Below, piece by piece: positions 8,413 through 18,687 of a DNA stretch of 64,000 nucleotides. Positions within the stretch are counted from its first letter, which is position 1; each line of letters opens with the position of its first letter. Origin of the DNA: Phycisphaerae bacterium (GTDB taxonomy: Bacteria > Planctomycetota > Phycisphaerae > UBA1845); NCBI GenBank assembly GCA_020056715.1, contig JAGVHG010000073.1:4754-68753 (forward strand), written 5' to 3'. Made by a program: the position numbers and the translations under genes. The notes under the pieces were generated by a model. It did not search any database. It was not told where the DNA came from and saw only the letters and a program-made list of their open reading frames with translations.

Positions 8413-9489
8413 TTATTGATTGAAGAAGAGGAAGAAGACGAGCATTACCATTGCCCAACTAGTGAGGACCGGAAAGAGCAACGCGTACATTACGACAATC
8501 CGCGCTGCGTGGCCGCGTGACTGAATAAGCTGTTTCGTCCAATCGGACCGCACGGGTGCGACCCACCCAAACGCGGCGTAGAGCACGATTGCGACGGGAA
8601 TCCCAATCAAACAAAGAATCTCCGGAAGGTTTGAGCCTAACGGCATAAAGCTGCGCCGCGAAGAAGCGCTAAGAGCGTATCCAACCGTAGCCAGGATGAC
8701 AGCAAGGCTCGTTGCCGCGCTCCCATAGATCAAACGGTGAGACTCATACGCCCCGGCTGCGATAATCGTAAGCGGCGGGCGCGCGAACTGCGGAAGCCCC
8801 TTTCGAATCTGAGTGACCAACCCCACAAACACAGGTCCGGCCCACGTCAGGGCAAGCCAGAGCAGGATCCCCGTCGCGACGGGAACGGACCGCCATTGGG
8901 GTGAACCGATCACCAATCGGGTTGTTGAGGTCATCCCAAAAGTCTTGCCAGGCTGCCAGCCGTCTTTCCAGTCAGGAATCTGCAGCTCCTCGAAACCCCC
9001 TCGCATGATGCCCTCACGGATAATCGCGGTAGCCTCATGAAGAACCGCAGACAGCGGATCACCGATGTTCGAAAACCGGTAGATCGTCGTAGTTTCGGCG
9101 GCGATCGACGACGCAACCACCGTCCCGGTGAGCACAATCGCCGCGGCAATCGTGGCGTTCCTTGCTACGACTCTGAGAGAGCGCCGGAGGTCACCTGGTC
9201 GGTCCAGTGCCCACCACCATCCCGGCGGACGTTTCCGAATGAACCTGAAAGGACCGGAGAAGAACCATTTCCCGGAATCGACAAGCTCCCAGACTTGACG
9301 CCGATACCCATCCGCAATGTTGAGCAGCCCACATTCCGGACAACGCGGCTCGTCACCCAGACCGAAGAGGCTGTAACCGCACGCTAAGCACGTCCTCGAA
9401 GTCTCGTTCGGTTCGCATCCGTTCACTTCCGCTCGCAGTTCAGATCCGGGGGCCCCTACAAGCGGCAGCGCTATGTCGGAGTCGCTCAC
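8413..9489 (-). CDS. membrane protein with N-terminal zinc-ribbon (CxxC..CxxC)
   Basis: 358 aa. CLACGYSLFGLGDEPRCPECG is followed by about 6 hydrophobic helices. It overlaps the upstream peptidase gene stop by 4 nt, so the two are probably an operon. Confidence 0.6.
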   Translation of the reverse strand: MSDSDIALPLVGAPGSELRAEVNGCEPNETSRTCLACGYSLFGLGDEPRCPECGLLNIADGYRRQVWELVDSGKWFFSGPFRFIRKRPPGWWWALDRPGDLRRSLRVVARNATIAAAIVLTGTVVASSIAAETTTIYRFSNIGDPLSAVLHEATAIIREGIMRGGFEELQIPDWKDGWQPGKTFGMTSTTRLVIGSPQWRSVPVATGILLWLALTWAGPVFVGLVTQIRKGLPQFARPPLTIIAAGAYESHRLIYGSAATSLAVILATVGYALSASSRRSFMPLGSNLPEILCLIGIPVAIVLYAAFGWVAPVRSDWTKQLIQSRGHAARIVVMYALLFPVLTSWAMVMLVFFLFFNQ

Positions 9490-11396
9490 GGCTGTTTTTT
9501 CAAATGCTTATCAAAGAACTTCGCCAACTCCTTGTAGTAGAGCAAGCGGTTCTCCTCCTTGGCGAAGCCATGCCCTTCGTCGGGAAAGTAAAGTTCGCCA
9601 ACGTCCATGCCGCGTTTCTTGAGGGCCACGGCGATCTGCATGGCCTCGCCGACGGGCACACGCGGATCGTTCAGCCCGTGGGCGATCATCAACGGCATGT
9701 CGATCTTGTCCACCTTGTAGATCGGCGAGATGGATTTCAAGAATTCCGGATCGGATAGCGGCCCGTACTCGGCCTCGCGTAGCTTACGGCGGTAGTCCTT
9801 GGTCTTCTCCAGAAAAGTCTGAAAGTTGACGACACCCACCACATCGCACGCGGCGCCGAAAAGTTCCGGCGCTTCCGTGATGGCGGCCATGGTCATGAAC
9901 CCGCCGTAGCTTCCGCCCCAAGCGGCGACCATCTTCTTGTCGGTGTAGCCCTGGTCGATCACGTACTTCGCGGCCCAGATGCCGTCCTTGACGCTCTTCA
10001 TCCGGTCCTTGTAGTTGTCGGCCTCCAGGAACTTCTTTCCATACCCGCTCGATCCGCGCACGTTCGGGGCAATGACCCCGTATCCCTGAGCGACGAAATA
10101 CTGGAACGAGCGGTTAAACCCAGGTCGAAACTGCCCCTCCGGGCCGCCGTGGTATTGAACAATAAACGGTATCTTCTTTCCCTTCTGGTAGTCGCCGGGC
10201 AGATACACGAACGCCGGAATCTTCGTGCCGTCGAATGACGGATAGTGGACCAACTCCGGCAGGCGGAACTTCGAGACGTCGATGCCCTGCGTGTCGGCCG
10301 TGGTCAGGGCGACTCCCGGCTCGGTGGGCTTGTTGAGGTCCCACTTGTAGATCAGTCCGGGCGTGTTGGCGTTATCGAGGGCATAGAGCATGTTCTTGCC
10401 CTGAAAGGTCACATTACCCACGACGCCCTTGGCCAGGGTCGGAGCCTGGATCGGCGTGAAGTCCGAGGTTTTCCGCAAGTGCAAAGCTGCATAACCGTCT
10501 TCATTGACGACCGCCGCGAGAACTTGGTGGTCCTCGTTGAGCGTTCCATAGTCGATCTCCCGTCCGGCCAAGTCCGTCAGCACCGGTTTGATCATGCCGG
10601 TTTGCAGGTCGATGGTGTGGATCGTGTTGAGGTCGCCCTTGTAGTCGGTGTTGACGATGAAGTTGCGATCGGCAGCGTCGTAACCGATGGCGTCGAAGGA
10701 CCACTCCTCACCCTTGGGAGTGATTTCGCGCTTCTCGCCGGTGGCGAGGGTCACTTCGAACAACTGTGAGAATGAGGCCGAGGTATATTTCGACACCACC
10801 AGCTTGGTGCCGTCGCGGTTGAAGTCCACCGCCCTATGGTCGCCTGCGGCTTCATATACCTTCTTGGATTGCTTCGATTCGAGGTCGTACACATAAACGT
10901 GGAAGTCCGCGGAGGAGGTTTCGTTGGAGCGATAGGCGAAGGCCTTGGAGTCCCGTCGCCAAAGCGGCGCAGCGTAGACGTGCTCCGGATTGACGAACAA
11001 CGGATCGATCTTGCCGCTCGCGGCGTCGAGCAGATACATACTGAATTGCTCGCTGCCGCCGACGGCAGCCGTTAGAACGATCCGCTTGCCGTCGTCGCTC
11101 GGCGAGTACCCACCGACCCCGTCCGGAAAGGTGGTGAGCTTGACGGCGTCTTTCTGCGTGCCGCCCGGCGGCACTTTGTAAAGCTGTCGGATGCCGTCGG
11201 GATCGTAGATGAAATATGCCGTCCCGTCCGGCGCGAGTTGACCGGCAAAGGGCCACCGCATCTTGATGTAGGGCTCGATGCCGGTGCTGTCGGCCGCAAG
11301 ACTGGTCCGCGGCACACTAATCAGAGGCCATGCGTTCGCTGCCAGCATGATCGCAAGAAGTTGAATCCGTTTGGTGGTCGGTTTCATAGGTTTCAT
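9486..11396 (-). CDS. S9 family serine peptidase (prolyl oligopeptidase / acylaminoacyl-peptidase type)
   Basis: GGSYGG nucleophile elbow, ..DPRVP.. and DEGHGF catalytic motifs, and an N-terminal propeller-like region. I moved the start to ATG 11396 (or 11387), giving MKPMKPTTKRIQLLAIMLAANAW as a signal peptide. The longer track ORF (to 11696) would overlap psd. Confidence 0.9.
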   Translation of the reverse strand: MKPMKPTTKRIQLLAIMLAANAWPLISVPRTSLAADSTGIEPYIKMRWPFAGQLAPDGTAYFIYDPDGIRQLYKVPPGGTQKDAVKLTTFPDGVGGYSPSDDGKRIVLTAAVGGSEQFSMYLLDAASGKIDPLFVNPEHVYAAPLWRRDSKAFAYRSNETSSADFHVYVYDLESKQSKKVYEAAGDHRAVDFNRDGTKLVVSKYTSASFSQLFEVTLATGEKREITPKGEEWSFDAIGYDAADRNFIVNTDYKGDLNTIHTIDLQTGMIKPVLTDLAGREIDYGTLNEDHQVLAAVVNEDGYAALHLRKTSDFTPIQAPTLAKGVVGNVTFQGKNMLYALDNANTPGLIYKWDLNKPTEPGVALTTADTQGIDVSKFRLPELVHYPSFDGTKIPAFVYLPGDYQKGKKIPFIVQYHGGPEGQFRPGFNRSFQYFVAQGYGVIAPNVRGSSGYGKKFLEADNYKDRMKSVKDGIWAAKYVIDQGYTDKKMVAAWGGSYGGFMTMAAITEAPELFGAACDVVGVVNFQTFLEKTKDYRRKLREAEYGPLSDPEFLKSISPIYKVDKIDMPLMIAHGLNDPRVPVGEAMQIAVALKKRGMDVGELYFPDEGHGFAKEENRLLYYKELAKFFDKHLKKQP

Positions 11397-11617
11397 CTCC
11401 GAATACTCTGTCCGTTTACGACAATGTTTAGGTCCGCAATGTGGACAGCATAACGCCTCTTGCTTTTCCTGCCCAGACGGGCGGTCAGTCGCGGGATGCT
11501 TGGACAAGTTTGTACCGGTATCCGGGTTCGAGGTACGGGGTCCGCGTGCGTTCCGTCCACAACCCGGTACGATAGAAGCCGATAGAGAGTGTGGTACTTC
11601 TACGGGATGTGGCGGCC

Positions 11618-12364
11618 ATGCCGATTGCCAAAGAAGGATTACGTGAGATCGCATTAGCGACGGTCGTCCTCGGCCTGCTCGCGTGGGGCGGGGCATGGAT
11701 CTATTGGCCGCTGGCGATTCCGTTTGCCCTGGTATGGATCTGGGTGCTCTCCTTCTTCCGTGATCCTACACGACGGGGCACGTTCGAGCGCGGAGATATA
11801 TGCTCACCCGCCGATGGAACCGTCACCGAGATCACCCATGTGGACGACTATGAACCCCTCGGTGGACCGGCGATACGCCTCGGGACGTTCCTCAGCCTTT
11901 TCAACGTGCATGTCAACCGTTCGCCGTGCAGCGGCACCGTGCGGTCGCTTTCGTATCGCGCGGGGGAGTACCTGGATGCGCGGCATCCTGAATCGGGCCG
12001 GCGCAACGAGTCCAATACGCTGCTGATCGACCCGGACGGCACGATGCCCGGCCCCATCGTGGTTCGGCAGGTGGCCGGGTTCGTTGCCCGTCGGATCATC
12101 TGCAACGCACAGGCGAATCAGCACCTCACCATCGGCGAGCGCTTCGGACTTATCAAGTTCGGATCGCGGACGGAGTTGGTGATCCCCCAATGCGACGGTA
12201 CGGAAGTCCTGGTGAAGCTGGGCGACAAGGTGCGCGCGGGGCTTACGGTGATGGCGAGACAGCCGCTTCCTGCTTCCAACATGAGCAGTCCTGCCACCGA
12301 TGACGCCTGCAAAGTAGGTTCCCAAAAGACAGGACTTGTGACACCCCTACGGGTGCCGCTATGA
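11618..12364 (+). CDS. psd: phosphatidylserine decarboxylase proenzyme (short type)
   Basis: ..FFRDPTR..SPADGTV.., FLSLFNVHVNRSPCSG, and the LIKFGSRTEL self-cleavage G-S motif. Two N-terminal TM helices. ATG at 11618 preferred. Confidence 0.9.
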   Translation: MPIAKEGLREIALATVVLGLLAWGGAWIYWPLAIPFALVWIWVLSFFRDPTRRGTFERGDICSPADGTVTEITHVDDYEPLGGPAIRLGTFLSLFNVHVNRSPCSGTVRSLSYRAGEYLDARHPESGRRNESNTLLIDPDGTMPGPIVVRQVAGFVARRIICNAQANQHLTIGERFGLIKFGSRTELVIPQCDGTEVLVKLGDKVRAGLTVMARQPLPASNMSSPATDDACKVGSQKTGLVTPLRVPL

Positions 12365-13317
12365 CAATCATCGCCAAGCTGCCGTCCAGTTCCGACCGTC
12401 CCCGGCCCCATCGGCGGCGTCTGCGTTCGTTGGCGTTCGTCCCGACGCTGATTACGCTGGGGAATTTGCTCTGTGGTTTCGCCGCGATCCATTTTGCGTT
12501 GCGGGCGATGATCGACCTCGGCGCGGGCGTTACCCCGGAGCAGATCAACACGCTGCACCACCCGGTGATCGAGCGGCTGCTTCCATCGTTCTTGTCCGTC
12601 GGGGCGATCTTGGTTGCGCTTGGCATGGTCTTGGACTGCTTCGACGGTCTGATCGCCCGCGTGACCCGCAGCACCACCAACTTCGGCGGCCAGCTCGATT
12701 CCCTCGCCGATGTGGTCACCTTCGGAGTGGCGCCCGCGACGTTAATGGTGGCGTTCATGACCAAAGAACTGGCCGGCGACTCGATCGTCCCCTCGCCGAT
12801 CAGTGAACACGCCTTGGGGCGCTTTACATGGGTGTCGGCGGCGGTCTACGTCGCTTTTACTGCGGTCCGCCTCGCCCGCTTCAACGTCGAACACGCCAAG
12901 GCGGATTTCGACCATCGGATTTTCCGCGGGCTGCCCTCCCCCGGGGCCGCTGCCATCATGGTGGCACTGATCCTCTTTCAAGACCAGCCTATGGGGGCCG
13001 TGCTGCGGCCGGCGATCGTGTACGCCACTCCGTTCATCGCCATGGGCATCGCGTTCCTCATGGTCAGCCGCATCCCGTATCGACGTTTCCATCGTGCGTA
13101 TCTGCTTGGCCGGCAACCGTTCGGACAGTTCCTGGTCGTGATGCTCGTCGTGGCCGTCTTCCTTGCGTTCAAGGCGGAAACGTTTCTTGTGATCGTGTTG
13201 TGGTATGGCCTGAGCGGTCCGATCTTCTACCTCGTTCGAGTGCTGCGCGAGCAAACACGACCCGGCCACGGAGTCGCTGCCACTTCGAGGCCAGACGAGG
13301 AGCGTAAGCTGGCGTGA
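12361..13317 (+). CDS. pssA: CDP-diacylglycerol--serine O-phosphatidyltransferase
   Basis: CDP-alcohol phosphatidyltransferase motif DCFDGLIARVTRSTTNFGGQLDSLADVVTFGVAP in a polytopic membrane protein. Overlaps the psd stop by 4 nt. Confidence 0.92.
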   Translation: MTIIAKLPSSSDRPRPHRRRLRSLAFVPTLITLGNLLCGFAAIHFALRAMIDLGAGVTPEQINTLHHPVIERLLPSFLSVGAILVALGMVLDCFDGLIARVTRSTTNFGGQLDSLADVVTFGVAPATLMVAFMTKELAGDSIVPSPISEHALGRFTWVSAAVYVAFTAVRLARFNVEHAKADFDHRIFRGLPSPGAAAIMVALILFQDQPMGAVLRPAIVYATPFIAMGIAFLMVSRIPYRRFHRAYLLGRQPFGQFLVVMLVVAVFLAFKAETFLVIVLWYGLSGPIFYLVRVLREQTRPGHGVAATSRPDEERKLA

Positions 13318-14834
13318 CATCGACAGTTACGGATCCGGTTAGAGTTCGCTTTGCTCCGTCCCCGACGGGGTATCTGCACATCGGCAGCGCGCGGACTGTA
13401 TTGTTCAATTGGCTTCTGGCGCGAAAGCACGGCGGCACGTTTATCCTGCGTATTGAAGATACCGACCAGGCGCGACATGTGGAGGACTCGGTTCAGAAAA
13501 TCCTCGACGATCTTCGCTGGCTGGGCCTGACCTGGGACGAGGGGCCACAGGTCGGCGGCGACTACGGGCCGTATTTTCAGAGTAAACGCCTGGAGATTTA
13601 CAATCGCTATTTGCAAAAGCTCCTTGAATCCGGCCACGCGTACTACGCCTTGGAGATGCCGCAACAATTAACGGCGTTGCGCGACGCCGCCAAGGCCGCG
13701 AAGCAGTCCTACAAGTACGTTCGCCCCGATCCGCCGCCGACCATCGCGGAGGGCGAGGCCGCACGAGCAGCGGGTCGACCCGTCGTCGTGCGCTTCAAGA
13801 TGCCCGCCGTCGACATTACCGTCGTCGACGATATCCTTGGCCCTGTCACGCTGCCTGCCGATCAATCCGAGGACTTCGTGATCCAAAAAGGCGACGGGTA
13901 TCCGACGTACCACTTCGCTTGCGTGGTCGACGATGAGTTGATGAAAATCACTCACGTCCTCCGCGGCCAGGAACACCTCATTAACACCACCAAACACGTT
14001 GCCTTGCAGCGCGCGTTGGGCTTTGCCACGCCGCACTACGCTCATCTGTCCGTCATTTTCAACATGGACGGGACGAAGATGAGCAAGCGAGACAAAGAAA
14101 AAGCCGCCAAAGAAGGGCGACGGCCGCCGGAGATCGACGTGCATGATTTCCGCGTCGCGGGCTACTTGCCGGAAACGCTCGTCAACTACATCGCCCTCTT
14201 GGGCTGGTCGCCGGGCGACGACCGCGAATTCTTTAACCTAGATGAACTGACCGGGGTGTTCGGCCTCGATCGCGTCGGCAAGACCAACGCTCGGTTCGAT
14301 CGTGAGAAGTTGCTTTCCTTCAACACCACGTGGGCGACGCGGCTGTCGCCCGATCGGCTTTTGGAGGCCTTCAAGGATTTCATCCGCGTGAGTGAGTCTC
14401 CGATGCGCGGTACGGACGACGACTTGCTCCGGGAGATTTTGCGAACATGCGCGGGATTCCGCACCTTCCGACAAGTCGAGGAGAAGGTACGGTTCCTGTT
14501 TCTCGCCGACAATGCGATCGAGTACGACCCCAAGGCCGTGCAGAAAGTCCTCGCCAAGAACAATGGAGAGGGTTATACCGCTCTGAGCGAAACCCTACCC
14601 CGACTGCGAGATCTGTCCGCTTGGACGGCCGACGCCGTCGAAAAGCTCATCCACGACGTGTGCGAGAAAAAAGCCGTACAGATGGGCGCCATTGCTCAAC
14701 CGCTGCGTGTCGCCATCACCGGGACGACGATCAGCCCGTCGATTCACGACACGCTAGCGCTCCTCGGCCGTAAACGAACGCTGGCGAGGGTAGAGAAATG
14801 CCTGAAAGGGAGTCAATCTCTTCCACACGTTTGA
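13314..14834 (+). CDS. gltX: glutamate--tRNA ligase
   Basis: VRVRFAPSPTGYLHIGSARTVLFNW (HIGH motif), ILRIEDTDQAR, and KMSKRD (KMSKS motif). 506 aa. GTG start overlaps the pssA stop. Confidence 0.97.
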   Translation: MTSTVTDPVRVRFAPSPTGYLHIGSARTVLFNWLLARKHGGTFILRIEDTDQARHVEDSVQKILDDLRWLGLTWDEGPQVGGDYGPYFQSKRLEIYNRYLQKLLESGHAYYALEMPQQLTALRDAAKAAKQSYKYVRPDPPPTIAEGEAARAAGRPVVVRFKMPAVDITVVDDILGPVTLPADQSEDFVIQKGDGYPTYHFACVVDDELMKITHVLRGQEHLINTTKHVALQRALGFATPHYAHLSVIFNMDGTKMSKRDKEKAAKEGRRPPEIDVHDFRVAGYLPETLVNYIALLGWSPGDDREFFNLDELTGVFGLDRVGKTNARFDREKLLSFNTTWATRLSPDRLLEAFKDFIRVSESPMRGTDDDLLREILRTCAGFRTFRQVEEKVRFLFLADNAIEYDPKAVQKVLAKNNGEGYTALSETLPRLRDLSAWTADAVEKLIHDVCEKKAVQMGAIAQPLRVAITGTTISPSIHDTLALLGRKRTLARVEKCLKGSQSLPHV

Positions 14835-14914
14835 GGTGGGGCATCGAAGCCACAAACGCAACAAGCCCACGCCCTGAGAATGTAGGCGCTTGCTGAATCG
14901 TTGCTCAAAAAGCG

Positions 14915-14949
14915 GCCGGGGGGCTGATGACGAACTCAGCCTCCCCGGC
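14915..14949. terminator. GC-rich hairpin between convergent gltX and a hypothetical gene
   Basis: GCCGGGGGGCTGA-TGACGAAC-TCAGCCTCCCCGGC, a stem of about 13 bp with one bulge. Confidence 0.55.
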
Positions 14950-14980
14950 CGGCATATTGCCATGGGAGTTAGCGTCGTGG

Positions 14981-15469
14981 TTACAGACTCGCGAGAAACA
15001 GCGTCGTGACGAGGAGGGTCCAGGCCGATCCGGAGCCCGGCTCGATCGGCGTGGCGTCGTCCGGCTCGGTGACTGGGAAATCGTCCCCCGTCGTATCGAC
15101 TTCCTCTTCGTGATTGCCTACCTCCGGGACGACCAACGGGCACTGATCACACGATCTTACCGAACGGCCGCTGGCCGCTCGGCACTGGGCTGTAGTCATC
15201 CGCTGGGTATTATCACAGGTAAACCTAGGTGTCGAAGGACGCGGGGGTGGACAGCACGGGTACAACGGTTGAACGATAGGATTGATCAAGATGTTCGCTT
15301 CGGGTAGGAAGGATTCCCTCGCACTCGGCGTGGACGCGACCCCGTTGGATTGCACGCTGCCGAGCGCGGTTGGGGGCGTGTCGTCGGATGCTGCCCGAAC
15401 GGTCGCCAGCCCGACAACGACACCCAGCGCCAGCACGTAGACGGATCCATTTCGAATCGCCACGCTCAT
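14981..15469 (-). CDS. hypothetical secreted Cys/Pro-rich protein
   Basis: From ATG 15469 the product begins MSVAIRNGSVYVLALGVVVGLATVRAASDD, a signal-like N-terminus. It has an acidic C-terminal region ending in a hydrophobic segment (PIEPGSGSAWTLLVTTLFLASL). No family recognised. Confidence 0.45.
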   Translation of the reverse strand: MSVAIRNGSVYVLALGVVVGLATVRAASDDTPPTALGSVQSNGVASTPSARESFLPEANILINPIVQPLYPCCPPPRPSTPRFTCDNTQRMTTAQCRAASGRSVRSCDQCPLVVPEVGNHEEEVDTTGDDFPVTEPDDATPIEPGSGSAWTLLVTTLFLASL

Positions 15470-15976
15470 GAATTTCCACTCGCTACTTCTCTTCATTGAT
15501 TTCTTGCTCCTTTTTGCCGCAACTATGAACTCTCTCAACCGCTCGAAACGTATCGACCGGTCACAATGGAATCCGCCTCCTCGACGGTTGTGCCTAAGTT
15601 AGATTCGCCTTCGGAGTTACAGGCGCGCCCGCCAACCCCCATGCGCCAATACGCAGACCACAAATCCGTTGACGGATTAGCGGCCTACAATGGGTTGTCG
15701 ACCGTCGGGATCCTCTTTACCCTGCCAACCTAGCGGTGGGTCTTGATCGCCCAGGCTCTTCCTCCGCTGCATCCAAGCCACTACGCAGCGAGCCAACAAC
15801 TCTATCACAATCGGCTCGTTGCGGCAAGTTCCTTTCTCGTTTTTTAATTGACGCATCGCCCTCGTCCACAAGTTTCGACAACCACGGAGGTTATTTCGAT
15901 CGAAGATCAGCGCTGACGGATCGCAACCGATGTGTCGAGTGGCCAATTCCCAACAATGAGATAAGATTGCCGCGTC

Positions 15977-17179
15977 ATGCCATCCAACCCTCCGATCACG
16001 TCCCCGTCACTAGCGCCCTGCGGGCTGTATGTGCACGTCCCGTTTTGCGAGACAAAGTGCGGCTACTGTGATTTTTATTCCGTCGCCCTGAAAGATCGAA
16101 ACCCAACCCCGCTCGTGGACTGCATCGGGCGCGAACTGCGTCAACGGGTCAACGGCTGCGCCCACGCAGTGCGGACCGTGTTTTTCGGCGGCGGTACACC
16201 GACGATTCTGCCGTTGAGCGAGCTGGCCCGGCTACTGAACTTCGTTTACGAGGCGGTTAATGTTCGCCAATTGGAAGAATTCACCGTCGAAGCCAACCCC
16301 GCGACCGTGGACGATGAAAAAGCCGAATTACTCGTATCCTCCGGCGTCAGCCGCGTCTCCATGGGCGCTCAATCGTTCTTCCGCAATGAACTCGCCACCC
16401 TGGAGCGCTTGCACTCGCCCGAAGACATCGCCCCCTCGGTGGCGACCCTGCGACGGCATGGGGTTGGGCAAATCAACCTCGATCTCATCTTCGGCATCCC
16501 CGGCCAGACGCTCGAAACCTGGTCGCAGTCGCTGTCCCGCGCGATCGACTTGGGGCCGGACCATATCGCCTGCTACGGACTGACCTACGAGCCGGGCACG
16601 CGCCTGACCGCCATGCGCCGACATGGCCGGATGACGCCCTGCGACGAGGACATCGAGGCCGACATGTTCCTGCGGACTTTTGACACGCTCGAATCCGCAG
16701 GCTACCGACAGTACGAAATCAGCAACTACGCCAAACCCGGCTGCGAATGCCGACACAATCTTTTGTATTGGCGGAATGAGCCGTACATCGGCGTCGGCCC
16801 CTCGGCCGCGGGATGCGTCGACGGCCGCCGGTATAAGAACGTCGCCGATGTCGCCGGCTATGTACGCCTCATCGAACGCGACGGCCATGCCGAAGTGGAT
16901 TCGGAGATCATCGACACGGAGATGCTGATCGTTGAGCTGGTGATGATGCAACTGCGGCTCAATGAAGGCCTCTCCATCGCCGTGTTCCGAGAGCGAATCG
17001 GCGTCGATCCGCGCGACTCGTTCGGAGAAGCACTCATGCGGCTTGTGGACCTCGGCCTCGTCACCGTGTCCGATACGCATATTGCCCTGACGCGATCGGG
17101 TCGGCTGGTTGCCAACACCGTAGTGGCCGAGCTTGCCGCCGTCCCCCGCCAGGCCGATCTCGCGTTGCCTATTCTCTAG
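15977..17179 (+). CDS. hemW: radical SAM family haem chaperone HemW / HemN-like protein
   Basis: LYVHVPFCETKCGYCDFYS (CxxxCxxC radical-SAM cluster), GGGTPT, and a HemN_C-like tail. 400 aa. Confidence 0.9.
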   Translation: MPSNPPITSPSLAPCGLYVHVPFCETKCGYCDFYSVALKDRNPTPLVDCIGRELRQRVNGCAHAVRTVFFGGGTPTILPLSELARLLNFVYEAVNVRQLEEFTVEANPATVDDEKAELLVSSGVSRVSMGAQSFFRNELATLERLHSPEDIAPSVATLRRHGVGQINLDLIFGIPGQTLETWSQSLSRAIDLGPDHIACYGLTYEPGTRLTAMRRHGRMTPCDEDIEADMFLRTFDTLESAGYRQYEISNYAKPGCECRHNLLYWRNEPYIGVGPSAAGCVDGRRYKNVADVAGYVRLIERDGHAEVDSEIIDTEMLIVELVMMQLRLNEGLSIAVFRERIGVDPRDSFGEALMRLVDLGLVTVSDTHIALTRSGRLVANTVVAELAAVPRQADLALPIL

Positions 17180-17371
17180 CAGAGGCACTGAGGCATTAAG
17201 GCACCCTTCTAGGGCAGGCTCCGGCACGAAGAGGACGTAAAAATGGATTTCGTCCAAACGAACCAGCAAACCTTGCCGGCCGGGTAAAGAACGCGTTTTG
17301 TCCGTCGGGATTTGGCTTCGTTTGGGTTCTTTTTCCGTATTCGCCTGCCATCGCGTCCGCGTGGCGAGAGG

Positions 17372-18631
17372 TCAAAACGTGTAGTAGGCGTGGTAATGGT
17401 CGCGGATGGCGACGTCGACGTTGAAGACGGAGGCCATGAGGGCGGAGCGCATCCACATGCCGTTTCGGACCTGTGCCCAGTACTTGGCCTGGGGGAGGGC
17501 GTCGAGGCGTTGATCGAGTTCGTTACGCCGGGGTAAGGGATGTAAAATCGCAAGGCCGGGCTTGAAATCCTTGGCCATCTCGTAGGTCAAACTGTAGGCG
17601 TAGTAGTCGATCGCTTTCGATTCCCCCGCGACGTCGTGCTCGTCCTGCATGCGCGTCATATAGATGGCATCGTACTCACCGATCGAGGAGCGGAGGTCCT
17701 CGGCGACGTCATATTCGATGCCGTTCCGCGAGAGATACTCGAGGATGTCTTCGCCAATGCGAAGCTGCGGAGGAGAGACGAACACCAGCCGCACGCCAGG
17801 ATAACGGCACAGCAAATAGGCGAGCGAGCGGACCGTCCGGCCGCGCTTCAGATCGCCCACGAAGGCAATCGTTTTGCCCGCGAACACGTTCCGAGTGTAT
17901 CGCGGCTCCTCGCGCGCCGCGCGCGGGTCGGCGAAGCAGCGATACAACGTGTAGATGTCGAGCAGCGCCTGGGTGGGATGTTGGTCCTTGCCTGATCCGG
18001 CGTTGAGCACGGGGATCGTCCGCGGCATCTCGTTGAGCATGTTGGCCACGTGCTCGGCGAAACCCTCCAGGGGGTGGCGCATGATGATGAGATCGAAGTA
18101 TTGGCTGAAGGTGCGAACGGTGTCGTCCTCAGACTCACCCTTGACCTCCGACGAGGTCGAGCGGTCGCGGACGGAGCTGTAGCGCATACCGACGATCTGA
18201 CACGCGGCGGTGAAGGAGAGGAAGGTCCGCGTGGACGGTTGGATGAAGTAGAGCATCGCCCGGCGGTGACTCAATAACGTCTGGAGGAACTGGCTGCCCT
18301 GTCGCGAGCCGCTAATGGAGCGGATCATGTCGGCGAGCTGGCAAAGTTGATCGACGGTCGGGCGGTCGAACTGCTGAGCGAGAACGACGTGGAAAGGCTT
18401 GTCGTTTCGGTTCAGGGCCGCAATACGATGGGCCGTATCAGGGTGTGTCGGTACGTACGGTTGAGATTCGGTTGCCGGCATATCGCCCCCGTCAGAAGGT
18501 GTTAAGGACAGCCGATCAGGACCACAATGATCCACGGCGTCGCCTGGCGATCGACCGTCCACTTCGGTGAAGATTAGACCAACCATGCGAGAAAACGTCA
18601 AGGCCTGGGGTTCTGGTAATGGGGCTGTCAC
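17372..18631 (-). CDS. pyrB: aspartate carbamoyltransferase catalytic subunit (start uncertain; alternative ATG at 18481)
   Basis: PSTRTFLSF, HPTQALLDIYT, VGDLKRGRTVRSL and HPLPRRNEL are the ATCase carbamoyl-phosphate and aspartate binding motifs. The track ORF carries an N-terminal extension that may not be translated. Confidence 0.85.
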   Translation of the reverse strand: MTAPLPEPQALTFSRMVGLIFTEVDGRSPGDAVDHCGPDRLSLTPSDGGDMPATESQPYVPTHPDTAHRIAALNRNDKPFHVVLAQQFDRPTVDQLCQLADMIRSISGSRQGSQFLQTLLSHRRAMLYFIQPSTRTFLSFTAACQIVGMRYSSVRDRSTSSEVKGESEDDTVRTFSQYFDLIIMRHPLEGFAEHVANMLNEMPRTIPVLNAGSGKDQHPTQALLDIYTLYRCFADPRAAREEPRYTRNVFAGKTIAFVGDLKRGRTVRSLAYLLCRYPGVRLVFVSPPQLRIGEDILEYLSRNGIEYDVAEDLRSSIGEYDAIYMTRMQDEHDVAGESKAIDYYAYSLTYEMAKDFKPGLAILHPLPRRNELDQRLDALPQAKYWAQVRNGMWMRSALMASVFNVDVAIRDHYHAYYTF

Positions 18632-18687
18632 ATCGGGGCAACTGGGGTTTGCCTCGGTAGGCGATTTGAGTTATGCTTCTATTAACA

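Noticed and set aside
15539-15976. ORFs 15677..15946 (-) and 15736..16071 (+) in the region upstream of hemW
   Set aside because: They mutually overlap, have no motifs or SD, and one runs into the hemW start. Treated as promoter or intergenic DNA.
17372-18631. N-terminal 50-aa extension and STRTF (instead of STRTR) in PyrB as evidence for a divergent carbamoyltransferase
   Set aside because: An internal ATG at 18481 gives a normal-length product, and all other ATCase motifs (HPTQ, HPLPR) are canonical. This is insufficient to claim a novel function.
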